A DNA stretch of 64,000 bases from an uncultured virus (IMG/VR IMGVR_UViG_3300048691_000212) (Duplodnaviria > Heunggongvirae > Uroviricota > Caudoviricetes). Below are positions 1 to 8,562 of this stretch, piece after piece. The notes below the pieces were generated by a model. It was not told where the DNA came from and made no database searches. It saw nothing but the letters and a program-made list of their open reading frames with translations. Position numbers and translations under genes: made by a program. Location of the stretch: the IMG/VR virus record IMGVR_UViG_3300048691_000212; one strand, written 5' to 3'. The number at the start of each line of letters is the position of its first letter. The stretch's first letter is position 1.

Positions 1-469
1 GGATAGAAATGAAGTCAGAATTATCTTTAGACCAGTTAAAACAAGTATCTAGCACAAGTATTTTTGTGTTTTTGTGTTTGTTTAAACAGTGGTTTTCGAT
101 AAATTCTAGAAAACTTCTAATTCCTATCATTTTTTCTGAGTAAAGTTGAAAATACTCAAAAATCCATTTATTAGAATTTATCTTATCTACATAATCAGCG
201 AGTAAAATATCAAACTTAGGACTTTTTTCTACTTTGGTTACATAGTGTTCTATTTGATCATGTATTTGATTAATAGTGCTTTCAAATAACAAAACTTCTA
301 CACAAGTTTCCTTAGTATTTTCATTAAGAAAAGCTATGTCTTTTAGTAACGTAAGAATAAAACCAGTTTGAAATGATCCAGGATAGCCTGTAAACATATA
401 AATACCGGTTTTGTTTAAACCACCATTTAGAGCTTCGCTAAAGTTAGGAAAAGCAGTTTTGTATTTCAT
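1..469 (-). CDS. RecA/DnaB-like P-loop protein with degenerate Walker A (runs off window edge; absent from ORF track)
   Basis: Manual translation from ATG 469: MKYKTAFPNFSEALNGGLNKTGIYMFTGYPGSFQTGF...VLLFES...ILVLD, open to base 1. The layout matches DnaB/RecA N-terminal motifs but the Walker A Lys is Gln. Confidence 0.55.
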   Translation of the reverse strand, partial: MKYKTAFPNFSEALNGGLNKTGIYMFTGYPGSFQTGFILTLLKDIAFLNENTKETCVEVLLFESTINQIHDQIEHYVTKVEKSPKFDILLADYVDKINSNKWIFEYFQLYSEKMIGIRSFLEFIENHCLNKHKNTKILVLDTCFNWSKDNSDFISI

Positions 470-471
470 TA

Positions 472-987
472 TCATTTCTGATTCCAATTTGTCAAAGTAT
501 CAAATCTTTCTTTCCTGAATAAATTATAAACAGGAATACCTAGACGACTAGCGTGCGCAATGGCTTGTCCTGTACCTCCTGATTTAGAGCTTCTTTCGGA
601 CTCTTTCTCCATTCCATCGAGTGTCCAGCATAACACCATTTTTACAGGATTGTTTAGGTTGGGACCTAAAAGTTGCATACAGTTTCTAGCCATCAAAGAC
701 TGAGCACCTTGATTTAATCTTGTCCAGCCAGGATGTATGGTACTTGCTATTGTGTATGCTTCAGAAGGAATAGGGAACACTAGTTGCTGCCCTTGAAAGC
801 CGTTCCAAGGCACAAATATTTGTTTCTCTACACACCCACTACTAAATGCAGTATCAGCTCCCTGAGCCCCTCCTGACCTCAGTACCCATCCTTGTTTTTC
901 TAACTTAGTGGCTAGATTAGTCATCAAAGATAGAATAGACAAAGGTGTTTGCCTTGACCCTATTCCAGCGTAGTATTTAAACATCAT
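472..987 (-). CDS. SLOG/DprA-like Rossmann-fold nucleotide-binding protein
   Basis: YAGIGSRQTP, LRSGGAQGAD, ARN and GGTGQAI motifs. Confidence 0.8.
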   Translation of the reverse strand: MMFKYYAGIGSRQTPLSILSLMTNLATKLEKQGWVLRSGGAQGADTAFSSGCVEKQIFVPWNGFQGQQLVFPIPSEAYTIASTIHPGWTRLNQGAQSLMARNCMQLLGPNLNNPVKMVLCWTLDGMEKESERSSKSGGTGQAIAHASRLGIPVYNLFRKERFDTLTNWNQK

Positions 988-1324
988 GGTTACCCATTCG
1001 TATAACTGGATAAAGTTGCTCTAAGCAACGTTTATCTTTGTCTGTTGGTGGAAAACGAGAGTACCCGTGCTCATGAATACTCTCAATAATGTCATTTAAA
1101 ATGTTCAAAGAGAGATTCTCGGCTGATACTATTTTTCTAGAAACTGTTTGTAAAGTTATCAGACCGTCTGTTGTCAATACAGGATTGTTCATAAGTAACC
1201 CAGAAAGATACGATTCAATAAAAGTAATCGGCATGTCTCTTACCAGTGTTGTTTTGTTATTTGACTTTATTAAATCCTTTATTAGACAGGTTAAATCTTT
1301 AGGTCTGTCAAAAATATTTCTCAT
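977..1324 (-). CDS. hypothetical protein
   Basis: ORF; start moved to ATG 1324, giving an ATGA overlap with the upstream stop. Confidence 0.6.
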   Translation of the reverse strand: MRNIFDRPKDLTCLIKDLIKSNNKTTLVRDMPITFIESYLSGLLMNNPVLTTDGLITLQTVSRKIVSAENLSLNILNDIIESIHEHGYSRFPPTDKDKRCLEQLYPVIRMGNHDV

Positions 1325-1782
1325 GTAGTTCCAACAAACTGAGCCATGAATTTTCTTGCTGAGTACCAAGCTTCTAATTGAACACGTCTAGTTGTCTGGT
1401 CTTCAATCTCACCCACAGCATCTAAACCGTCTTCAATTGCAAGTAACTCTTCTTTACTAAATACCCATTTTTTATCTTCAGTCCTACGATCTCTAATAAC
1501 ATTCAGTAGATCAAAGATGTCTTTAATAGCACCCTGTGTTTCCTCGGTATAAACTATTAAACTTATCTCATAAGCTAGTTTCATCCTAATGGTGAGATTA
1601 AACCAATCGTTAGCATCGCATATTCCTTCTGCGCACCGTTTTAAAGACGCTCTTGGTACTGAGCGTATAAGATCTTTTTGTGCTTTAGGAATAGCAATAT
1701 TAATAGGGTTATAAGTTTTGTATTTCTTCTTAGGCGCAGGACCACTAAACTTAATAAGTGGAATTTTGATATTAGCAGTCAT
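1321..1782 (-). CDS. hypothetical helical phage protein
   Basis: 153-aa ORF coupled to both neighbours. Confidence 0.65.
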   Translation of the reverse strand: MTANIKIPLIKFSGPAPKKKYKTYNPINIAIPKAQKDLIRSVPRASLKRCAEGICDANDWFNLTIRMKLAYEISLIVYTEETQGAIKDIFDLLNVIRDRRTEDKKWVFSKEELLAIEDGLDAVGEIEDQTTRRVQLEAWYSARKFMAQFVGTT

Positions 1783-2093
1783 TTTATTCTAGCGAGTATA
1801 AAGTTTTTTCTTAATGTGTTTAATTGGTCTAGCCAAAATACTCTATTTATTTTAATTGTCATTAGATCAAATTTATCATACTCATCAATATTTCTTTCAA
1901 CCCTAGAAGGAAAATAATCGAAAGATCTAATGTGTTTATATATCTTAGTAAAAGCACCCCTAAGAACACCGTCAGTAAAACCAGTAGTTGCAGTAAGTTG
2001 CTTTAAGCTACTACCTTCTAAAAGTTTTATAAATAATTCTATTTTCTCTACAGTAATTGGTGCTAGCTCTGACATAATACCTTTAAAATTCAC
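1779..2093 (-). CDS. hypothetical protein, possible HTH
   Basis: ORF; LLEGSSLKQLTATTGFTDGVLR is HTH-like; start may be ATG 2075. Confidence 0.55.
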   Translation of the reverse strand: MNFKGIMSELAPITVEKIELFIKLLEGSSLKQLTATTGFTDGVLRGAFTKIYKHIRSFDYFPSRVERNIDEYDKFDLMTIKINRVFWLDQLNTLRKNFILARIK

Positions 2094-2114
2094 AAATAAA
2101 AATCAGCTCATAAA

Positions 2115-2154
2115 TACTAGTATGACTTATCCAAAAAGATAAGTCATACTAGTA
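2115..2154 (-). terminator. perfect 17-bp hairpin closing the long non-coding interval
   Basis: tactagtatgacttatc-caaaaa-gataagtcatactagta; TATG follows on minus (cata 2109-2112). Confidence 0.8.
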
Positions 2155-4345
2155 AAACATTGTACTTCTAACTAACAAATTTATGGTATACTAATTACAA
2201 TACGGAAAACAATACGGCCTATAACTGTAATTTATCAGCGGTATACCAGCATCTGATAAATAACCTACCTGGTCAGGGTTGAATAGAGAGATGGCGCTCT
2301 TATTCGCATTTAGTACTTATAGCCATTACAAGAGTCGTGACCAGACTGAGGCTTGGAAGCACAACATTAACAAAGCGACAAAACTTTGAGTGTGTGACTG
2401 ACTAGCAGAGTACTCCATGTATTCCATTCACCTTTTTGGTTGTACCTAACCTAAGGGATAGATTGTTGAAAATTACGCTAAAAGGCATAATTCTTTTGGC
2501 TTTTGCTACTACGGGCTATTCTTCCTAGTTAGGAAAGCGTACCGGGTCACTCATTTCAGTAAGGTTGAACAATCAACCACCTTACCTATCATCACTAGCT
2601 CCTTTCGGGGTGACAGGTGATAATGCGCTGCAATTATTACGTTGCAGAATATTTCTTTAATTGAAAAATACTTCGCTTTTAAGCATTAACAAATCCAGTG
2701 TATTTCCGAGACCGTCTTAGAATGTTCAGATAGTATTCTATCTACTGGCTTTTGAAACTCTTTCGAGCCTCTCTTTAGAGTAGTTAGGACATACAACTAC
2801 TACCCCTATCTCACCTCATTGATCGCTTAGATCCAAAGGGTTCAATACTATCAGTATTTCTACTGATTATTCTTTAAATTAAGACTGGTTAGTAATTTAC
2901 CAGACAACTTGATTTGTATTTACACTCAACAGCTGATTTTGTCAACACTTATGTAAACTTATTACACTCCGATTACACACTTACTGTGATGTATTCGGAG
3001 AATCAAGTAATTGCAACGCTACGTACCCTCTATTGCTAGAGGACATTAGGTCTTTATTCCCAACCTTGCAATTTCATTTTTCGCAGTAATCCAATAATCG
3101 ACCGGTGTAATACCAATCCTTCCCTGCGGTTTATATTTTTAGTCACTGGAGGACTAATCTGTTTCGCTTCACAGCGTAGCCAGACAGACTATATCTTCAG
3201 AGTTAGTAGACCCGGTTGCAACCAGGTATTTATCTGAATACCCATCTAACAGCAAGCTGCTGTTATTATACATGATTCTGTTTTAGGTCCGGTGCCTTAA
3301 AATCATGATGGTATATTTTCTCTACTAGTTTCATGGTGCTGTTCCATTGGCGACTCCACAATACCTAGCGGCATTGCTTCAAAGTCTCACACCTACCCTA
3401 TAACTTCACTAGTTTTTCTATTACTTGTAAACCAATAGTTTTTAGCGTCGTCAGTTTAAAAGCTGAAGCACCCAACGTATTTACTTTCACAGTGAGAATT
3501 GTTAACTAATAATTTCTTATTAGATCTTTTTTACTTTCCTAAAGATTACCATACGTTAAAGGATCTTATTAGGCCTAGCTGTTAATAATCATGGCTTTAA
3601 TCTGCACCAAAGCTTTAGACTTTTTAACAATTCTACATACTGTTGTAATGCAGTACATCAAATACTCTTCTTAAAAGAAGTTTAGCTTTTTAATACCGGC
3701 TACTAAGTAATCCGCACCAAAAGCATTCGGTCTCTTCCGAACTTATTTGACTATAGTGTTTTCCCAGAACTACCAATAAGACCTTTTTCTTTCGATAGAG
3801 AATCTAATTCTGAGGTTGTTTATATCCACCAATGGCTGGCTTTACTGTTCGAAAAAACCAAACAGTCGAAGGGGTTCACTTTAACTTGGTTGGATAAACC
3901 ATGAAGCAAAAGCACCAAGATAAACCCTATCGACTATTCTCTTCTGTAAAAAGAAGAATAATTAGGTTCTGATTTGTTCATTGGTCTAGGGTAAGACCAA
4001 TGAACGACGCTACCGTAAACGCCAGATGTCTTCACTGTATAATTCAATTTTACAGTATTAATCATTTTAACCGTAAAATCTATTTCACTCCGCGCTTCCA
4101 GAAATGAAATTTTAGAACCAAGGAGCATTGGTTAGTGGGGCTAAAGGTCACGCATACACCGTCGCGTATTTGTTATCCAGTTTGACTATCCACCTAAGCC
4201 TAACACATGTTTTACAGACAAGGTTGTCGCTATTACATTACCTGAGTAATGTTTCATCTTTATTTTAAAGTCCAAGATTCGTCAGATAACTAGACTGCTG
4301 TTTCTATATATTAACAAGAATATGTAAAATATTTCTTACCCTATT
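2155..4345 (-). ncRNA. candidate ~2.1-2.2 kb structured non-coding RNA (or RNA cluster), family unknown; ends approximate
   Basis: No credible ORF. Many hairpins; minus-strand GNRA loops at 2599-2610, 2758-2767, 2850-2867, 3027-3042 and 3506-3523. Long-range complementary blocks. Bounded by a promoter-like motif and a terminator-like hairpin. Confidence 0.75.
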
Positions 4346-4351
4346 CTACTT

Positions 4352-4371
4352 TAATATTAAGTGTGTGAAAA
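4352..4371 (-). promoter_or_regulatory. candidate phage promoter, variant of the TTTT-N-CACTTATTAT motif
   Basis: minus strand ttttcacacacttaatatta resembles the motifs at 14403, 44904 and 60912. Confidence 0.4.
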
Positions 4372-4374
4372 TAT

Positions 4375-4857
4375 CTAAGATGCGTTTTTATTTCCAAACA
4401 AAGGAAATGGTGTTTTAGGCATTGTCATCTTTACTTTGGCTGTAGCAAAGTTTTCATCTTCTGTGTTAGGTCCAGAAGAAAATGAACTGCCTTCTTCATA
4501 GGTAGAAATAGGATTTTCATTATTCTGCCTAGCGCCAATAATAGGGGATACTCTATTAACGCCTGTTGTGGACTTTGAAACTGTCTCCATCTCTGCATTA
4601 GCCGATACCCCTAAAGCGGCACCAACAAGACCAAATAAAGCACCCATACCAATTCCAAAGGACTGTATATCAAAAGGTCTGCCTTGTTTAACTACATCAA
4701 ATATAGATAAGCCTAGAGCAACAAGGACAGTAAGCATAGTCAATATTTTAATTAGAGAAGCTGTTTCATTATCAGAATTAGTTAGACACTGTTTCATTAT
4801 AACAGCTAAATTCTGAGCCGCTATTACACCTGGTCTTCGTATTACTTTAGTAACCAT
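4375..4857 (-). CDS. two-TM membrane protein, holin-like
   Basis: hydrophobic ILTMLTVLVALGLSIF and FGIGMGALFGLVGAALGV, then a polar tail. Confidence 0.55.
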   Translation of the reverse strand: MVTKVIRRPGVIAAQNLAVIMKQCLTNSDNETASLIKILTMLTVLVALGLSIFDVVKQGRPFDIQSFGIGMGALFGLVGAALGVSANAEMETVSKSTTGVNRVSPIIGARQNNENPISTYEEGSSFSSGPNTEDENFATAKVKMTMPKTPFPLFGNKNAS

Positions 4858-4898
4858 AATAGTATCCTTAAAATTACATAAAATAATAAGGATACTAA

Positions 4899-5258
4899 CT
4901 AGTTAGTATTTCTAATACCCCAAAGCTCAGTAGCTTGACACTGCCTGCCCTTTTGTCCAAATATATCAGACAAACCACTAGCTTGCTTTAACACATTCAG
5001 TAAGTCGGGATTTTCATTAATATACTCCTTCCAGAGTTTACTATAAAGTATAACACAATCTTCCATGTTGATTGGGTATTTACCTTTAGCCTCTCTCCAA
5101 TGAAGGCCCGTTAAACCATTTTCAAATATTTTAGCTGCTTGGTAAATATCTTCAATAGATTTATTTCCCCTGCTTTTTATTCTAGCAAAGAAAGCACTAA
5201 AACGTTTGTCACCTTTACTACTGCATTCTAGGAATGGTGCAACACCATGTCTAATCAT
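4899..5258 (-). CDS. NADAR-like ADP-ribose hydrolase (DarG1/NADAR-antitoxin-like)
   Basis: LECSSKG..FSAF...SIEDIYQAAKIFENG resembles the LEISSK..LSAF...E..(F/Y)Q..K.F pattern. Confidence 0.5.
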   Translation of the reverse strand: MIRHGVAPFLECSSKGDKRFSAFFARIKSRGNKSIEDIYQAAKIFENGLTGLHWREAKGKYPINMEDCVILYSKLWKEYINENPDLLNVLKQASGLSDIFGQKGRQCQATELWGIRNTN

Positions 5259-5316
5259 TAAGACACCTCTAAAGTAAATGATCCCACTGTGTGTGTACTG
5301 TACTTAAATGGTATAT

Positions 5317-5622
5317 TTAACACGTACTTCTCCTTAAATTAAAATGTCTTGATTCTTGTGCCTTAGATATTCTATTAAAAGCGTTTAAACAAGCCTCTAA
5401 ACATTCGTAATCTGGCGAGTTATCAATGTAGCGCCATTCTTCACTCACTTTGTCATAAGCGGTTATTATGTACCCACCATCGGGATATTCTTGGTTTACG
5501 TAAGGTGTGCCAGTATTGAATACTTTATAAACAGAACCTGTTTGCGCAAAATAAATAACTCTATTCTTATCAACAATTATGCGTTGTGTGTTTTCTATTT
5601 TTGGAAAAAGTTCATTTGGCAT
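5317..5622 (-). CDS. hypothetical protein
   Basis: 101-aa ORF. Confidence 0.6.
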   Translation of the reverse strand: MPNELFPKIENTQRIIVDKNRVIYFAQTGSVYKVFNTGTPYVNQEYPDGGYIITAYDKVSEEWRYIDNSPDYECLEACLNAFNRISKAQESRHFNLRRSTC

Positions 5623-5678
5623 AAAATATTTCTGTAGTATATAACAATAGCTCAGTACGTAAAAAATAAAAATGCAGC

Positions 5679-5710
5679 ATAAACAGAGAGTTTTTACACT
5701 CTCTGTTTAT
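5679..5710 (-). terminator. 13-bp hairpin after dcd
   Basis: ataaacagagagt/actctctgtttat; TATG on minus. Confidence 0.75.
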
Positions 5711-6322
5711 TTAAACCAAAGCTGTTTGTAGTGTATTTTGACCTTGATATTTACGATTACCGTCAGCATAAGAAACAGTGCAGTCCGAATCTCCTTTGAA
5801 GAACAAGAACTGAGCAATACCTTGATTAGCGTAAACCTTCAACGGTAAATTAGTAGCATTGCTAATTTCAATAACTACATTTCCTTCAAAACCTGCTTCA
5901 ATAGGTGTTACGTTCACAATGGCACCTACGCGAGCATAGGTAGACTTTCCAACACAAACAACCATAATGTCTTTAGGTATTACAAAATATTCTTTTGTTT
6001 TACCAAGCACGTAACTATTTGGTGGAATAATAACAAAATCACCAGTATGGTCAACACAGCAGTTTTGATCAAAATCGAGTGGGTCAATTATTGTGGAGTT
6101 GATATTAGAGAATATTTTAAACTCTTTATCAAGTATTACATCGTAGCCGAAAGACGAAAGTCCGTACGATATTGCTTTCTTTTCTACGACAGCTTTTCCT
6201 TCATGTTCAGGAGAACTACAGAGAATAGTGCGTACCTGGAAAGGGGTAAAAGGTTTGATCATTGGCTTTGTAAGCTTAGACTCACAGAGCTTTGCAATTT
6301 GGTGGTCAGCTAAAATAGACAT
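5711..6322 (-). CDS. dcd: dCTP deaminase
   Basis: ISYGLSSFGYDV, GKSTYARVG, TPIEAGFEG, GIAQFLF and KYQGQ motifs. Confidence 0.95.
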   Translation of the reverse strand: MSILADHQIAKLCESKLTKPMIKPFTPFQVRTILCSSPEHEGKAVVEKKAISYGLSSFGYDVILDKEFKIFSNINSTIIDPLDFDQNCCVDHTGDFVIIPPNSYVLGKTKEYFVIPKDIMVVCVGKSTYARVGAIVNVTPIEAGFEGNVVIEISNATNLPLKVYANQGIAQFLFFKGDSDCTVSYADGNRKYQGQNTLQTALV

Positions 6323-6328
6323 ACATTC

Positions 6329-6703
6329 CTAAGTTAAAATTGCTTTGTGTTTGATTGAGTGAATATTTTCACTGTCTTTTTGTTTTGCAATATTATTGAT
6401 TGCTTTGGCTCTATCAGTTAGACAGTAACGATCTTCTCCGTGCATAATTACCGTTTCCAAAAGTCCTTTGTCACGTAAACTAGACACAGCTTCTTTAACG
6501 AGAACTTTTACACTTACCTGGCGATGGTATTGGTAACCATATTCAGAAAGATTTAATTGAACCATTAAGTGCTTTGCTTTAGATTCAATAGTTTCATAAC
6601 GAACCCTGGTAACCACCATTGTACTTAAAACAAAAAGAAGTGATTTCTCATTGTGGTTAAGTGTGTCAAAAAATTCGGTATTGTTTAATTCAGAGTTATG
6701 CAT
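6329..6703 (-). CDS. winged-helix protein, paralogue 1
   Basis: L...EK.LL, KEAVSSLRDKGLL and YCLTDRA. Confidence 0.6.
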   Translation of the reverse strand: MHNSELNNTEFFDTLNHNEKSLLFVLSTMVVTRVRYETIESKAKHLMVQLNLSEYGYQYHRQVSVKVLVKEAVSSLRDKGLLETVIMHGEDRYCLTDRAKAINNIAKQKDSENIHSIKHKAILT

Positions 6704-6708
6704 TTTTT

Positions 6709-7035
6709 TTAAAGCAGAGGTAATTGTGCTTGACTTTCTATCAAACGTTTCTTTACAAATGGTGAAATATGGCTTCCATCCATAGTGAGAGAATAGTAGT
6801 TTTTGTCAGAAATTTTAATATTTGACAAAAGTTTTTTATTTACCAAAGAAAGTACAGCTTCTCTTATCGAGGTTTCTGATATTGGTTTTATTATTTTACT
6901 TTTAATATCAGATATTCTGTGCGTTCTTTCAACTAAAATACTAAATGTTTGTTGAACTACTAATTCAGAATGTGTCAAAGTTAAACATATTTTATTAAGT
7001 AAAATATTTTCTGCTTCACTTAAATGTTTATTCAT
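6709..7035 (-). CDS. winged-helix protein, paralogue 2
   Basis: LSEAENILL, REAVLSLVNKKLL and YSLTMDG; start set to ATG 7035. Confidence 0.6.
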   Translation of the reverse strand: MNKHLSEAENILLNKICLTLTHSELVVQQTFSILVERTHRISDIKSKIIKPISETSIREAVLSLVNKKLLSNIKISDKNYYSLTMDGSHISPFVKKRLIESQAQLPLL

Positions 7036-7043
7036 TTCATTTC

Positions 7044-7394
7044 CTAGATGCAAATTTCAGTTATTACGCCACAACGTACCGCAGTTTCTTTTTCCACTTG
7101 TGCCAGATAATCTAAGACGCTTAAACCTTTTAAAGTAAGGATAGCACATTTTGCTAATATTTTTTCAGAGTCTATAAATCTTTTCTCGAAACTTACTAAG
7201 TCTTTTTCCACTAACTTAATTAAGCTTTCTCTTGCTTTTATAATAGTTATGTTTTTTCCAAAGATTGCAGATGCTTCAGAAATACTTACAAGTCGACCAC
7301 CGTTCTTAGTTTGCCTGCCTAAGTTTTGCAGAACCATTAGTTCTAGTTTCCCCAAAGATTTAAGGATTTTAATTGTCTCAGTATTCAAAGTCAT
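7044..7394 (-). CDS. winged-helix protein, paralogue 3
   Basis: LGKLELMVL, RESLIKLVEKDLV and ILTLKG; the track start lies inside a hairpin, so ATG 7394 is preferred. Confidence 0.6.
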   Translation of the reverse strand: MTLNTETIKILKSLGKLELMVLQNLGRQTKNGGRLVSISEASAIFGKNITIIKARESLIKLVEKDLVSFEKRFIDSEKILAKCAILTLKGLSVLDYLAQVEKETAVRCGVITEICI

Positions 7395-7445
7395 CTTGTC
7401 AGTTGTTGTTACTAAATAATAATCAGCAGTAGTAATTTTTACAGC

Positions 7446-7490
7446 ATAAATCCCTCTAGATTCCATAAAAGGTAATCTAGAGGGATTTAT
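7446..7490 (-). terminator. 17-bp hairpin
   Basis: ataaatccctctagatt/aatctagagggatttat; TATG on minus. Confidence 0.75.
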
Positions 7491-7566
7491 AAGCTGCTTT
7501 TACTTTTCGTACCTTCGCGTATCACAAACGCCAATGGTTAATGAGTTTATAACTCTTAGCATACTA

Positions 7567-8103
7567 TTAGTGGTAGTTTGGAATAGAAAACTTTAATTCA
7601 ATATCTAATTCACCAAAAGTCAGGTAATTGTACAGCTGACCTATAAAAATAGCATTTGTGAAAATGTGAATACTGGAGTTACATTTAAACTCCAAGCTAT
7701 TGCTGACCACTTTACCTTCAACTTCTGTGTAAGATTCGAAGAAATCAAAATTACCATGCTGACTAACAGAACTTAGTTTTATAGCAATGTTTCTTTTTGT
7801 TGTTTTGTTTACTAATAAAGTATCGAAAAGTATTTCACGATAACCAAAGAAACAAGCCGCCAGTCCTCCAGGTTCTACTACTGGGGTGGTGGTTTGGATA
7901 ATGTAATCATTTCTATTAATCAAACTAAGCTCGCCTCTGGCACGCCAATACTCATCTAAAGCATCCATTATCATAGCTTGAGCCCTAAGAGTTGCATTCT
8001 CTGCAAAAGCATCATCTTGATAATTTAGCATCCGCGTATGGTCGGTTGGTTCCTTAGGGGTAAAAACAAAAGGAGGAATAGTTTTTTCTACCTGCTGTTC
8101 CAT
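7567..8103 (-). CDS. hypothetical protein
   Basis: 178-aa ORF. Confidence 0.65.
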   Translation of the reverse strand: MEQQVEKTIPPFVFTPKEPTDHTRMLNYQDDAFAENATLRAQAMIMDALDEYWRARGELSLINRNDYIIQTTTPVVEPGGLAACFFGYREILFDTLLVNKTTKRNIAIKLSSVSQHGNFDFFESYTEVEGKVVSNSLEFKCNSSIHIFTNAIFIGQLYNYLTFGELDIELKFSIPNYH

Positions 8104-8558
8104 TAGTCAACTACCTCATTTTTGTAAAATTCGATTAATGCTTTAAAACTAAAAGGTAACCACGTTGCTTCAGCTTTTGAAAACGCAAAACAAATACCTG
8201 GTCTAAGGTTTTTAGGTACCTGATCTATAAAATCAGGTACAAAGAAAATTTTGTCAGCATGTGCTTTTGTATATGCAACAAAAGCCTTGATATTAAACTT
8301 AAAAGCTCTAATATCAGTCATACCTCCTTCACTATCTCTTAATTCTAAACCAAAACTATTATTAAAAGGGCCTTGTGTAGTTGTGTAACTAGCTCCGTGT
8401 TTATGCACCGCATAATTACCAGTTAGACTATTATTTCCAGTATCGGCCTGAGATAGAAATAAAAAAATATGGTTAGGTGATGGCTCTAGATCACCTACAT
8501 AAAAATTGTCTTTACAGTCACAGGTAAGCAACTCTTCTTTTATAGTAGCAACATTCAT
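8103..8558 (-). CDS. degenerate phage macrodomain-like protein
   Basis: IFLFLS...AVHKHGA....QGPFNNSFGL...IKAFVAYTKAH..KIFFV follows the phage IFVFGSN...FGA..G.G..G.SYAIP pattern but lacks the Gly-rich loops. Confidence 0.4.
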   Translation of the reverse strand: MNVATIKEELLTCDCKDNFYVGDLEPSPNHIFLFLSQADTGNNSLTGNYAVHKHGASYTTTQGPFNNSFGLELRDSEGGMTDIRAFKFNIKAFVAYTKAHADKIFFVPDFIDQVPKNLRPGICFAFSKAEATWLPFSFKALIEFYKNEVVD

Positions 8559-8562
8559 TTGT

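Noticed and set aside
2196..2220. ggccgtat on minus resembling the start of group II intron domain V
   Set aside because: The complementary 3' arm is missing; it is only a 9-nt direct repeat (acaatacgg twice).
3934..4128. 64-aa ORF within the non-coding interval
   Set aside because: Short, no recognisable motif, and runs through strong hairpins; more likely chance.
2155..4345. tRNA cluster, tmRNA, RNase P, rRNA or CRISPR array
   Set aside because: No GTTCRA T-arm with a cloverleaf, no RNase P GAGGAAAGUCC, no recognisable rRNA motif and no regularly spaced repeats seen by eye.
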